A DNA stretch of 64,000 nucleotides from Balanoglossus misakiensis. Its lineage: Eukaryota > Animalia > Hemichordata. A program made the position numbers and the translations under genes. Within the stretch, counting starts at the first letter, position 1; every line of letters starts with the position of its first letter. Under the pieces are notes generated by a model, which saw nothing but the letters and a program-made list of their open reading frames with translations, was not told the origin of the DNA and searched no databases. The DNA lies in NCBI GenBank assembly GCA_040954595.2, contig CM082579.2, forward strand, positions 9,041,625-9,105,624, read 5' to 3'. Of the stretch, positions 1 to 22,219 are shown piece after piece.

Positions 1-168
1 TCGTGTGGGACAAAAATTCCCCAACTCGTGTGAGAAATACGATCCCAGGTCCTCAAGAGTGTGAGATTCTATTGGTCACACTTAAAAACTAACTAACTGC
101 ACAGGGGCGACACAATCAATCTTAGTCAATGATTTATATTTGAACAAAAGACTTCTCCATGTAATCAC

Positions 169-3100
169 CTTGTTCACTGATGTAGTGGGCTTCCGTTGCT
201 CTCCCCGCAATTTCCACTTCTGTCACGACATTCAGAGGTGAAAGTGCCTCATCGCTGTTGAAAAAAAGAAATATTAAAATCGGTGAGTCTCTACAAGGCC
301 AACATTCATTCACTACATGTCCACATGTCGAATAACACAAGCGGTGTCTTGTATCAAACATAATTAATGGGAAAAGGGCAGCGAGAGAGAGAGACGTTGT
401 CCCTTAAAATGCTGGTCTTTCAAAAGCTCTACTGTAAAATGATGGAACAATCACACGCATTCATACCTCCTTCTGCCTGCTTCATACTGAATTTTATGGA
501 CGACGTGCCAGACATGTGCCGAGGTTATGCTAGTGGTGTACTTAAAAAAAAACTGCCACTACACAGCCAGAAATTTGCAAGGTTTTACTACATAATTATT
601 TACCTGTACTGTATGCGCAACATCTTTGAAGACATTTCTCACCTGTTCGCACACAGTCTGTCGAGCAGATACACTTTGTTATCAGCCGTGAAGACCATGC
701 GATACATGTCCACCGCGTCGCCGCTGGCACCGGTCCGTGTGATTTTCCTGGAGGCCAGGACGCCGATGTTGGCCAGTGGCCGGTTCAGCCAGAGTCCGGC
801 GGCGGCTTCCCCCGGCGAATTGCCACCGCTGTCGAAAGTGACGTCCACCGACAACAGGGTCGACGCGTCCAAGACAACCAGGGCCGTCTCCGTTCTGACG
901 AAGACCGTGTTGAAGCCGGCGACGAGTTGTCGAGCTTGAAACAAATCCACCGACTTCCAGTGCCTTTTTGTCTTCATGTCATACGCAACCACCCTGTGGG
1001 GTCGAGTCAAAGGTTAAAGTTCACGGAGTCAACCATGCTAGACTCCCGCAATAGGGTCTCGCACTGCAACCTTTCCAACCAATCTTATGGTACAGTCGAA
1101 CTTGTCTATAGTGGCCAGTGAAGGGACTTTCCTAAACTGGCCTTTATAGACAGGTGGCCTTTATATAGAGGTTAATTAATGCACATGTGAATTGCACAGG
1201 GACTGTAACAAAGTGGCCACTATATAGAGGTGACCACTATATAGGGGTGGCTATTAACAGAGGTTTGAATTTATATCTAAAATTACTCACTTTGCCATTT
1301 CATCATCCTCGTCGTTCTCGGGTCTCAGGCCGTACAGCTGGGCAGCATGACCGTGAGTTACCGTCTGCGATTTACTACGACTCTTTTGCAGGTCTTTGAT
1401 GCTCATTACGTCTAAGAGCTTGCCGTGCTCGTCATACGTGTGCAAACTGAAAGAGATCACCAGAGAAGCATCATTTTGCCTCCGTGAAAGCTTTAGTCGA
1501 CTGAAAGGAGACTGAATTAACGTCTAATGCCAACCCGGTTCGGTACAGTGTAAATTGCCCAGTATTATATTGAAGAGCAAAGCTGCTAATCAAGTTTCCA
1601 AGATGTCAGGGACATGTTTCTAAGAACAAGAGGTGAACCACCCTCATCAAAAATGAGTGGAATTTGGTACCAAGCGCCATTTCAGATGCATCACCCCTCC
1701 TTAAAGATTATCTCTCTTTAATCTTGGCACAAATAATCTGACCCAAGACAGGAGCTAAAACTTCCATGACAAAATTAAAAATTTCAAACAAATTATAGAA
1801 AGACTACAGACAATCACCACATCTCCCTTACCACAGATGATTGCATTTACTATCCGGTCGAGTGAAGCCGATCACGCTGACCTCGTGATGACTTGCCCCA
1901 AGGTTGGAGGTTTCCGGCACGGTTTTCGTATCGAATAAACGGTTGCTGTGGGCCCCAACGTAGTGGACAACCGGTTGTAAGAATGCTTCCAGGCTGGACA
2001 TGTCCAAGAACTGATGGGAGTTGAAAGTTTGAAAGTGTGCTTTACATCACTGATTTTTAATAACTGATGATACCCCTTCACCATGTTCTTTTATTTATGG
2101 CACCGCTTGTCTTCTATCTCTTACTACAGTGAGTTGTCGACCTTTTACCCAGAATGCAATTATTATAATGTGATTTGACCCCCTAGCATGAATTAAAAAC
2201 CTGTCAAGGCGGCAGGAATTGATGTGCCAACAAATTCAAACCTTACAGCAGCTTAAAGGAGGCTTACCACTAAAGTGTCGGTGCCTTTGTTGGCCGACCT
2301 TGCCCTCTCCGTGTTCAGCAAGAGGAGCACGCTAGCTCGTCCGTAGCGCACCACGTTCTGAACGCAGATGTTGAACATGGACACCGAGTACATGTATCGC
2401 TTCTGTTTCGGCTTCTTTTCCCCGCACTTGCACGGCGGGCTGCTGCCAAAGATGTGCTGTGGAGAGGGAGAGGTAGACGCGTGTGTGACATTAGCTGTCT
2501 CTCTCGAAAAAAAGTACAGCCCAGCCTGCATCTGCACACCAAATATCAAGGTGATACACGCAGCGGTTTTCAAGTTTTTGATGTGGACGGACATACAGAC
2601 ATACATCCATCCATCCATACATACATACATACATACATACATACAGACGCAACCGAACCCATAAGGTCCCATGGTATATACCAATGGGACCTAAAAACGG
2701 GAACAAGAAAGAAGGACATCACATACCGAGTAGTGAAATACCCATCCTCTCTGGTAGTGCTCCTCCAATTTTTTCAGCCGCTCCTCAAAATGGGAAAGAT
2801 TTTGAGAGAAGGAAGTGTCTTTAGCCTTGTATTCCTCCTGGGCACGTTTCACGATTTCCTTAAAACAGAGTAAAGAAAAATGTAAAATTTCTCAAAACAT
2901 ATTTCATGAAAGCTTGAAAAAACGACCGCTTGATTTCATGTATAAAAATAAAACGGTCTTAACCGCACATCCCACAGACTGAAGAGATTCTTTGGTTTGC
3001 AAAGGTGTTTGGTTTAAAAAAGTTCTTTTGACGCATGGCTCTATGCGGAGAAGAATGGAAAAAGTGTTTGGCATAGACAAGTTTCCAGAACATAAAAAAG

Positions 3101-6100
3101 TACCTCTTTCATGACTTTCTTCACGATATTACGCACGTTGAGTTTGTACGTCCGTCGGGGGTCCTTCCACTGAAGATAGAGGGCCTGGCTGGACCAATGG
3201 TCTTTCTCCGGGTGACTCACCGACACCAGTTCCACGGTAACGTGGCGGCTGGCATCTTCGTAGACTCGAATAGGCATGGGCAGGTGGTCAGCGTGATAGG
3301 CTGAGAAATTAATTTACAGAGTCATATGCTGTCACAGCTACCAGCATCACTATCCCACAAACAGACAGGGTATGTTATGGAGCAGTACATATACACAACT
3401 CATGGAATTTAACATCAGATTGGCTGCAATTGCACAAACAGATATACTTTTAGCGTTTTTTCTTCATTTCTGCACACGTGCAGGTAATTTTACGCTCAGG
3501 TAATCGGGGAAATGATTCAGAAAACGTTAACTGATAATGCACCCATGCAGAAATAGTAGTGCCAATGACACTGTTGCTCCCCCAGTGACTTTGAATGAAA
3601 AGTGCTAAGTCGGAGTAGATATGTACATCAGTTTCTTGCCATGATTGTTAGAGTTGGTGCTACCACCAAAGATATTTTCCAGATAGAATGCTCAAATTAC
3701 TTACATCCATCTCGAAAGTCAGGAACAGATTTCCAGGGATGACTCACACTCGGTGTATGCGGAATACAAACTGATCTGATATAAATAACAAATGTAGGTT
3801 TGGTCAATGAGGTCATGCTCATTTGCATATCATTTGCATGAGATGTAATGGTTGCCTGCATATCACATATCTCATGAGCCCCCTAATCCACACAAAAGCA
3901 TATGCCCAATAAGACCAACACTACACATAATTTAAGAGCAGGTTCCAGGGCAAACTTACCCATTATACGGATCTAAAAGGACAGCTCTCATTGGTGGAAG
4001 GTTGAGGCACATGTCCCCTGTCAGGTATCCCTCATCAGTAATATGCAGATTCAGGGGCATATTCCATCTGTCAGCAATTACATCGTTACTGTCGAAAGAA
4101 ACATGTAAAACATCTGAACAGGGTGGACATAAATAAAATTTGAAGGATGCTGGGAAGAATTTCTCGTGATCCTAATGTAATAGCAGCAGATCGGTTGGTC
4201 AAACACACACCATTACCATCATTCCAGTTATGCTGGCTTGTGGATACACCAGTTAAAATCAAATCATTGTTTTTCATCAAGTCTTTATGGGTCGATCTCT
4301 TTTTTTTTACCTGGCATTGCTAATGGTTGGGTGGACCAGCTGTCTCCTCCACAGAAGCGCCAAGGCGGAAATCGGTTTCTTTGTCGCTGTGGCGACGTTG
4401 ATGAGTGGTTGGAAGGCGCTGTTTTTTGTCGCCTCCCGTATCTGAGGCGCTGGAAATCCATTTGGGTACGTCGAAGGGGCACAGCTGAAATAAAAGTAAA
4501 ATAATGTCATTAATTCATTGTAGGAAAGGTACGAGCTTAAGAACTTACGACGACTCTGATATCAAGCCTGATCACAGAGGATTGCTAACAATATAGGTAA
4601 TAAACAACGGAGAAGTAAATAAAATTACTTGATGAACAAGCTCTGTACTTGTCTTTTTTTCCAGTGTTACCCCAAGGCCTGTTGAATCCGTTGCCAATCC
4701 AGAATAGAAGAGTTTCCCATTATACACCTGCTAATTACTTAACTCTGTGTACCCTATCAACGGATAAAGTTGATACAGTACACTTGCTGCAGTTACTGTG
4801 TAACAGTACACAGTGGTTAGATTTGACAACTCCCGAGGAAAGCACACAAAGTTGGCTGCTATAAAGCCCCCATCCCCACCCCAACCCCTGAGGGTTACAC
4901 ATCCGTATATCCGAACAACTGTTTTGAGTTACACACAAGCAAGCACCTGGAAATATCCTTTACCTGGCTGTGAAGTACCGGAGACTTTGAACGGAATCCA
5001 CTCCGTTTCCCAGCATGGCGCAGACAAAGGAATGATACAGCTTCAGTTGGGAAGCGTTCGGAAACGTCTTCATCAGTTTCTCAATTTTCCCCTTGGCATC
5101 CAACAACCAGGCCTCGGTCTCATCCTCTCTGGACAATCTGGCTGAGAAATCTTCAATCGAGAATATAAGACTTCAATTTCACCAGTAATCAATTCTGTAC
5201 TGCTAACAACAGCCCATCAGAAAAAATTGTCATAGTATTTTTATCAAAAATAAAACCCTCAAATTAAAAATTCAGCAAATAAAAGTTGTTCATTAATTTT
5301 TCTTATTGAGGTTATATGTCTCTCTTTAAAAAGCCGTGAGACTATCAGCACTTGAATAAATTTCTACAGGTAGTGTTTGGTTACTTTTTATCTTCTATCA
5401 CATACCTGTGCTGTGTCCAGCATGAAAACAAAGGAAGGCCTCCACTGCTGCATAAACAACCTCCAGAGGGCAGTCTCCGGGTGATGCCATCACCGCATTC
5501 CATGCACTGCTGGATCTCGCCGCTGCCATTTTATTCAACAATCTGCAAGTAAGTATTAAAGGTAGTTTAAGAACATTTGCCTCATGCTAAATAATTTAAG
5601 GCAAGTCTGATGTTCGAAATTTCAATTTTTTCTATTCTAAATTTTCAGAGAAGACTGCCTTCAGCAAAATATGAAAATAAAGTTATGGACTTTGATTTTT
5701 GAAATTTCAAAATTTTCCACCGTGCTATGTGTGTATACCCCAAATTGCTGTTCTCATATTTTAACAGAGAACACTCTTGAGCAAAATATGAGAAAGAGTT
5801 AGTCAGGACTTTGATTTTTTTTTCCAACTCACCCTTGGTCCCACGCCGCAGCGCTCAGTACCAGCGACTGCAGCACCACCAGGTCTTGGGCAGGCGACTG
5901 AGCACCGTTGCAGCTGACTTCGGCCGCCTGGCGATAACACTTGGCCGCCGCCGCAGGGTCCCCGAACATGGCGTACATCAGGCCGGCCTCGTTCATGTAC
6001 ATCGCCTGGAGCAGGTGCGGGGTGTTTCCTCTCGCCTGCTCAGCCTGGCCACCTGGTGAAGACAATAGATGGATCTAGTTAGAAGACAGTGCCATTCAAG

Positions 6101-8524
6101 AAACAATGGATGTGATTCCGCATTTTCTTCTTTGTGCATTTCTCCCGTGTATCAAGCACAGAATCGTATTATTCCGCTCCCTGAGCGTGTTCTGATACAT
6201 GTTAGTGTTTTTGTTGCGGGCGATACCCAGGGGTAAATGTCATCGGGGGTTTCCCAAGTCATTTTACCAGGGTTCCCCTTGTTGTATGACTGCAGTCATA
6301 TTGAATAGCAGAATGAATGAATGAATGAATGAATGAATGAATGAATGAATGAATGAATGAATTAATTAATTAATTAATTAATTAATTAATCAATTAATTA
6401 ATTAATTAATTAATTAATTAATGAGTAGTGAGTGAGTGAGTGAGTGAGTAAGTGAGAGAGTGAGTGAGTGAGTGAGTGAAATTCAATCAATCAATCAATC
6501 CATCAATCAATCAATCAATCAATCGAGAAACTGCAATTGACACAAAGAAGCGAAATAGTGAAACAAAACAGTTTACCGCTACTAGGTAGTGATTACCTGA
6601 GATTGTTGGTTTGATTTTGTCAGCCACTTGGAACAACAGCTCAGATGCCTGGCTCAAATGCCCTCGTGCCCACCACACGTAAGCCAGTGCCACATCAAAC
6701 AGATGCTCAACAAACCTCGGATATCTGAAAAAAATATGCAAAGTGACAGGTTATTACATTATAGGACCATGTGTGGATGAGCTCCTACCCTGTAGTCAAT
6801 GCTAACTTTTATCGAAACCATACTGACCCTGCAATCGTACAATTTCACTGTAGCAGAAGGTGGTCTGGTGCGGCGGGAGGTACATGTAAATGCCACAGAT
6901 GTTCTCACAGGTGGAATGTACAAACAAGCCACCGGGTTAATTGATATTTCTACACAAAACTGATGTATTTGGGCTTTGCATGGCAGTTTGAATACCAATT
7001 AACCCTCACTGTATTTCACTGGTTTGGTGTGTTGGTCGTGCATTGGCCTTTATAATAAACACATAATTGGCAGGTTAATGGGCCTGGGTGCCAGAAGCAT
7101 AGACACCCTGTTTAATGAAAGAAGTTATAATTCCACTGACTTTTAAAGCCATGCTTGAATTATGAAAATTAAGAGAGGTTGCTGCATTACCTTGCCCTGA
7201 GTGCAATCTTGACCTTCACCACAGCAGACTGCCTCGCCTTTGCCATGATCTCGTCTTCATCGGTGGTCGCATCTGCGGAACTCTTACACTTGAATGTGCC
7301 AGGCAGCATCAAATCTATAGCGTGCGCCAAAACTGAATGAAAATAATAGAAGACACCATATCAGATTGTCATCAGTATGGTAGCCGGTCATTTTAATTAC
7401 ACACAACTATGATACTGTGGTGACCTTACGTTGCCTAAGGTCATCAAAACTGCTGACAATACAGTCAGATCAAAGCACAAAAAAAGACATGTTTTGGGTG
7501 TCTGTTGATATCAAACAACTTCAACTGTTAGTATTTTAACCCTTTTTTCACCATGATTCAGTCCAAACGTATTGTTGGACCTCTAATGAGGGAACTGGGG
7601 TGAAAGGGTTAATGTTTCAGGAAAAAACGGTGTATGTGTATACGCCTCTAGATTATGTGCTCTTGGTGTGAAAGCTTGGTGTTGAATATTAATAAGTGAA
7701 ATATTACCAGTGATTTTTGGTGACTGATGTACCGCTTCTGGTAGATTGCATTTGACCATCAATGATCGCATCACATTGACCTGCTGATACCACAAGGGCG
7801 ATTCATCCAGATCCTCCTGAAACACACACCGCCTGCTCTGCTGGCCGTCGGACAGACACTGTGGGTGGACGCCCCTCTCGTTCTCCGAGAGCACCCGGTG
7901 CAGCCACTTCAGCTGCAGGGAGTGAAACGCCCGCCGCTGCCTCAGTTCGTCCCGGTGCTGCTTCAGCATCGGCAGCGGGCCGCCGCCGTGGTTTCCTCCC
8001 TGACTGCAGGCCCGCAGGCAGATCTCCATCAGGGTCGGCACGCTCTTTACAGGGTTCAGGTCGCCCGACGTCACCGCCTCGACCGGGTCGCCGCCGCCGG
8101 CAGCAGCATCCGCATCCGCGAACGGCGCGAAGAAGTCCAGCTGCTTCTGCCGGTAGATGCGCTTGCGACGTCTCTTCTGGCTCTTGCTGCGGCCGCCCTG
8201 TCGTTCCGCCCTCGGCAACTGGGCGTCGTCGCTGATGCTCAAACCCTCCAACAGCGACGCGCTCTCCTCCTCGGATCCGCTGCTGATCTCCTCCTCGGCC
8301 GTGTAGTACTCGTCCGAATCGGCCCCATCCCCGTTGTCCGCGGCGACCGGCTCTTCTTCGTCCTCCTCCGCCGTCACGGAACCCACGCGCTGTTTCTTCC
8401 GTCGATTGCGACAAGGCTGCTTGGGCTGGGAGAATTCCCAGGACACCATGCGAGCGAACGCGTGCTTCCTCACTGGAGACACCATTTTCAAGAGCTCTTT
8501 GTCTTCCTTCTCATCTGTTTCCAT
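169..8524 (-). CDS. Uncharacterised multi-exon protein (>=1109 aa; 3' end probably outside the window); BC-box-like motif, TPR-like segment, beta-rich C-terminus
   Basis: 16 exons with GT-AG boundaries and consistent phases form one open frame: 8524-7708, 7332-7191, 6724-6597, 6052-5833, 5542-5406, 5141-4964, 4484-4311, 4088-3960, 3775-3705, 3300-3104, 2858-2727, 2498-2268, 2010-1832, 1446-1291, 993-643, 254-169. Starts METDEKEDKELL. An acceptor at 8555 implies an upstream exon. The acceptor at 2499 is the least certain. Family not recognised. Confidence 0.8.
300..409. mobile_element. Family A MITE terminal fragment
   Basis: cggtgtcttgtatcaaacataattaatgggaaaagggcagcgagagagagagacgttgtcccttaa matches the right arm of 17187-17525. 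Confidence 0.8.
1091..1274. mobile_element. TACAGTC-ended (Tc1/mariner-like) MITE, family C; copies at 34633-34805 and 52982-53138
   Basis: tacagtcgaacttgtctatagtggcca...actggcctttatagacaggt...aacagaggtttga; the same motif order occurs at 34633-34805 (cagtcaaacctgcctatagtggcca...caggttggactgta) and inverted at 52982-53138. Confidence 0.75.
2525..2697 (-). mobile_element. HINE/Pearl (Helentron-associated)-like non-autonomous element, 5' part
   Basis: Minus strand reads tttttaggtcccattggtatataccatgggacct (T-run then hairpin), followed by a (GTAT)n/(GGAT)n..GTCCGTCC microsatellite core. This is the architecture described for DINE-1/Pearl/CvA-type elements; the class is inferred from architecture only. 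Confidence 0.6.
6311..6524. repeat. Compound tetranucleotide microsatellite (GAAT)n(TAAT)n(GAGT)n(CAAT)n
   Basis: Directly visible consecutive arrays. Confidence 0.95.
7536..7612. mobile_element. Small piggyBac-like MITE (TTAACCC...GGGTTAA), family D; copies at 21291-21381 and 44198-44303
   Basis: ttaaccctttt..caccatg...ggggtgaaagggttaa; the same ends and internal aggtcca/ccatggtg motifs occur in the other two copies. Confidence 0.7.
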
Positions 8525-10970
8525 GGTGACAGAGCAACAGACGCCAGTTAACTTCTGCAAGAACACACAAAGAAAAACATTACATGATCTCACTTTAAAA
8601 TCAAGAACAACATTTCGCCTCCATCTTCAGGACTGATCGACTCACTGACCTTTTACAATTTTAGTTGGAAGATCACTAAACTTACATATCCAGGGTATGG
8701 TATGGCCGTGTCCGTTCACACCGCCACGATTCTTGCCGGCTTCAACAGGGATTCACTATCTAGACAGTATGAGATGTATGTCGCCTGGATGGCTCAGACT
8801 GAACTACTGAGAGACTGGCTTTGACTCCACAACAAACAAATACAACTTTTTATTGCATGGTTTCAAACTTAAACAACCCACAATCCTCAGGTGTAAAGTT
8901 CACTTCCACTCATGATAGAGGGCAGTATATATATCTTTGGATCATGCTAAAATTTTGAATCCACTATAATGATAATTTATGTTGATTAATTTACATAAGC
9001 TATTTGCAAAGACACCTGACTTAATTTGATACGCAAACGTCACAAAGTGAAACCACTGTCCTCAAGTACATCCTTCGTCAACATTTAAGCCACACTGAAA
9101 TTATAAAATAAAAGAGATATGTATGACCCACCCAACACCACCACCACCACCAGTACAGTACAGCATGAAGTAAACTGTAGTATAGCTATGGTAACGCAGC
9201 TGCCCCCCCCCCCCCCCACCCCCAACGGTACAGCTGCATTACCACAGCTAACTGTAGTAAGGCCCCGGAGTGGGCAATTGGTCATATGAAAGCAGCCCTG
9301 TATACTACAGGCGCCAGCAAATAACAGAGAGCTAGGGGAAAGGTAGGGCACGATTTATACCCCGCCGGGAACGTAATTCGCCGTGAAAACAACTTTCTCT
9401 ACTGTAGTACTGTAACTTGTAAGTGCATGTATAAGCGCTGTCAACTACGGCGTACGGCCGGAGGGAGACTACGACGATACAGAATCCGCACCTACCTTTA
9501 ACGATCTTGCTCGCTTCAAGCAACGTGTGTACTGACTGCCAGCTACATGAGCTAGGCCTAGGAGAGTTAATTTTTCCGGGGTTACACCACAACATGCAAT
9601 ACTCACTGTATCCACTTCCTTCCCTTCGTTGCTCGGGAAGAGTATAAACTTCCGCATGTTCACTATCCAACACTTGGTGGCGCTCTGTAGGCGGTCCATC
9701 AGATGCGTGTATCTGAACAGAATCGTAAAATTCGACTAAGTGACATATAGTGTTAGTAACACTTGCATTTGCAATTTCTCAGGGTTCCAGGTCTTGCGAT
9801 GCCCACCATCACAATAAAGAAGAAAAGGTACGACAACTAGAAGCTAGAACCTCTGCACTGGCCATCTTTGGACGCATTCGCGTTGTCACAACATCCAGCT
9901 GTTGGCAGGGTCTACAATTATACCAAGGGCATTTGTACAAATCAGTGTCAGCTCTGTGCAGTTGTCCTAACCCCAACCTGGTCATACACCGCCCCTTACG
10001 GTCACGTCTTCTGTCAGCCAGCCCTTTCCACGTATTAAAGCAACCGTGTGATTAAAGCTTCGCCCAACCATACATACTTCAATCAAAACAATTGTAAGCG
10101 TGTCCACAAGAATAACAGGCGTTTTTTTCTAGCCTGTTTTGATATAGTCAGTGGAACTTTCGTTGTATTTTTGGCTCCACCTTGCTATTGTAGTTCATTT
10201 CAATGTGTATTGTGGGATAGAAACCCATGACTTTAAGCTCCGTTTCTTGAGAAAGGGTGTCTCCGCTATGAGAACCATATCTCTGTGCCCAAGTCTGGCG
10301 GAGTGTGCTTTTCGCATGAGAGCACACATTTGTACCGACATGGTGCTTTAACCGTGGTCCTGGCAAGGTAATTGTCATGCGCACGTAGAAAAGCACCCCG
10401 CCCCCGCTCGGCGAGGACAGACTTCGGTGCGTGGAGAGGTTTGATTTTAGTCTAACATAAACCACAGTCCCTGAAGAAAGAGGGACTGTGCATAAACACA
10501 GTATTTAAAGTTTCGGTGATGTAGAACCTTCCACGTGCGCTCAAGGGGTTTGCTGCTATGGGGAGGCATACTCTCAGTGAAACCTGTCGAGCGCAATTTT
10601 GGTTGCGGTCACGTTTTCTGGAATTCATGAAATCCGACGGTGTTTCTCGTAGAGTAGTGTAGGATTTTCTCGTTTTTTTTAATTATCGGTATAAAACCAT
10701 GGTCGGGCGTTTGTGCGACCCCCCTACCCATATGAGTTTTAAGTATTCGTCCAGCTTGGGGGTAAGGAGGGGGCGTGTAGAGGCTCGACCTCCAGAAACT
10801 GCCTTGCATTTCATGACAACCAAAACCACCAATTCAAATGCCGAATGCGTGTCGGCGTCCCCCTCGTAATAAATTTTATCACCGTTTATGATATGATGCA
10901 TGTGTTCCTGTCTGTAATCATAGCATCCTGTCGCAACGTGTCGTGACTTTCGGGTTGATCGGTACTATTT

Positions 10971-11039
10971 GTCACGTGACCAACCGGCTTCGGCCAATCG
11001 GGAGCGCGATGACGAAGAAGAAAAACGCCACAATAAAAG
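10971..11039 (+). promoter_or_regulatory. TDO2 proximal promoter: palindromic E-box GTCACGTGAC, CCAAT box, TATA-like AATAAAA
   Basis: GTCACGTGAC at 10971-10980, CCAAT at 10994-10998, caataaaag at about 11031-11039; ATG at 11088. Confidence 0.6.
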
Positions 11040-11087
11040 CCCCCGGCCGCCGTCTCGTCCTTGCATATTACGCACGAAGTGATCGAA

Positions 11088-19610
<8,523 letters not shown>

Positions 19611-20729
19611 GACGAAGAAATTTACCCCCCCCCCAAAAAAAAAGTTATTTCGAATGTCGTTATTAAGTTTAAAAGTGAAGAAAAAATCATGTCACGACAC
19701 GTGTTAAATTCTGATGTACATATATTAATACTAAATATTTACAACGAAGGGCTTATTTTTTATATGCAGGGTAAGGAAAGAGATTTTAAATACTGGATTA
19801 AATCTGTGTGAAATTTGAATTTACAGTTAACAGGGTTTTGAGTGAAGAGTACACGTTAAAAAGATCAGGTTTTATGTTTTCATTTTTGTTAATTTCAAAT
19901 ATTCCTTGGCAAAGCTTAAGCCAACCTTCGGGAAATCTGCCAGCCTACCAATAGTGACTTTCATTCTTAAAAAACATTCCGATTTCAATGTGTATTTAGA
20001 AGTTGTTGTTTTTTCGCTTATACGTCTGTTTTTCTGAAGTTCATTCAAATAAACACAGAGTCTTCACGAACGATGAAAATCTGTCAGTTTTTCAAACTTC
20101 AAAAAATAAAACACCACTCCGATTTCATCAATCCAGCTGGCAGTACTTGTATTCAAACTGTTTCAATCTACGAATGCAATCTCGTCTCGTTTCTGAAGTT
20201 AGCCTCAAACAAGACAACTTGCAGTTTAAGTCTCTTATGATCCCTTGAGTGCTGCCTTCTCACACAATAGCTCGGCCATATCGCATACAGAGAGACGTAA
20301 TTCGTGAGCGGATAAAGAGCGCTGTACAGTGATTGAAGTCCTAACGGCGACACCACAACAAAAGAACTGGAAAATCTCAATTATGTAACGAATCTCAACT
20401 TTTCACATGTCTTCACTTTCTCACAAAAGACGCCAAGACGCCATTAAAAGGACAACGAGACAATAAGGTTTTGAAGTATCTCCTGGTTTATTTCTTCCAC
20501 CCCCCTCCCCTCATTTGCATACAGCTCACTGCGACCCATTTTCTTCGCAGGGACAGCAGTCTAAATCCACAGAAGATTATTTTTTACAAAGTCCACATAA
20601 ACTGATCAAACAAAAATGAAATGAACATGAAATAGTCAATCTGCTCTTTTCCGATATTCACTTCTACTTTTCACAAAGCAGCCTTGCAAAATACTTCCTC
20701 TAAAAACAACTCTGAGAGTCCAGTATATA

Positions 20730-20838
20730 TTAAAGGGACAAAGTTTCTCTCTCGCTGCCCTTTTTTATTAATTAATTTGTTTGATACAAGACACTGTTTA
20801 TGTTATTCTACATGTGGATATATAGTGAATCAACATTC
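20730..20838. mobile_element. Family A MITE terminal fragment
   Basis: ttaaagggacaaagtttctctctcgctgccc...tatagtgaatcaacattcg matches the left arm of 17187-17525. Confidence 0.8.
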
Positions 20839-22219
20839 GTAAAGTTCACAAATACAGGATTATCTTCATATCTTAAACAGCCAAAATCACTTATCAGTTT
20901 ATATAAAATAGTACAAATATATATATATACATCTGTATAAACTTACAATAATATGAAATCATCTGAAGTCTGCAGAAAGACTGAAATATTTCACATTTTC
21001 TGATTTATTTTTTATTTTTTTTGTATTAGTTAAGTAAAAATCCAAAAGTTAAGCCTTCTTTTCCATGATTTGCACCACATAATTATTAATGAATGATTTG
21101 TAAATGATCAATTTCAAGCACTTTACATTTCTGCCAATGGCTGGTGTGCATAAATAAACTTCAGTTGACAGAATTGTGAAAGTAGCATCACAATTTCGAA
21201 TTGTAAAACTTTTGGCAAATGTACCGGTGCTTTTGTTTTGAAAAAACAGAATGTGAGAATCAAACGAATGGAAGCACACCTTTGGGAAAGACCCTTTCAC
21301 CCCCAGTTCCCTCTTCAGAGGTCCAACGTTACCATAGAAAACAGTGGGTGTGGAACGAACCATGGTGTTGAAAGGGTTTAATGCCACTGGGTTCTGTATT
21401 ATCACTCCTCGCTGAGCATGGATTGGAAAAATGCCCAGTCAGCAGTTTGACACAAAAGGCACTGGCCATAGGGTCATCCCCAGAGAAAAAAGAAATTCAG
21501 GATCTGGCAAATATATTCTCGCAGCCTTTAGTCACACAACGGCACCACTCTGCATCATACACACATGAACACTTATATACACGCATACACACAGCAAAAT
21601 ATGTCCACCTTTTGGCCTTGAACTGACTAACAGCCTGGCCACAAACACGTCTGCCAAATCAATCCTGTCAGTATTGACTAAGAAGTCGCAACGTCCCACT
21701 GTAAACACCAAGTACTTTGAATTCCTCTGCCGATCAACCTTGGAATGACAATAGCTCAGACCATCCATGGTCATTCGTTCTGATTTAAAGCCGGGTTCTT
21801 ACATAATAGGAACATCCATCTTCAAGACCCAGGTCTATTCAGTGGTACCACCAGTAACCCCTTCGCCATGCATATAGTACTGCTCATTGGTCGATGTAAA
21901 TTCACAATCTCAGGTTTAGTCTAAATGGGGATTCAGTCCAACATCTCAAATGTCCCTGCAATATTCGTGCCCACATTAAAAACGTTCCAATTTGTTGGAT
22001 TACTTTTCGTCTCTTGTATATATTGTAGTATAAGCACCAGCACTTGGTCATAGTTACACACCGACTCTGAGAACTCAGGTGTTATGGCTAACTGTACCAA
22101 ATTCCACTTTAGCGAAAAACGCAAAGCTGAAGAGAGACAGTGACCAGGTTTGGAATCTCTTCTCACCTGGATATATATACATGTACATGTATAGTGAAAA
22201 ATAAAGTATGCCATGCCTT

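Noticed and set aside
367-939. 190-aa plus-strand ORF
   Set aside because: It starts in a MITE fragment and is antisense to a real minus-strand exon.
7803-8636. Several long overlapping ORFs on both strands (203, 228, 124 and 100 aa)
   Set aside because: Shadow frames of the GC-rich first coding exon of the minus-strand gene; no independent splice or start context.
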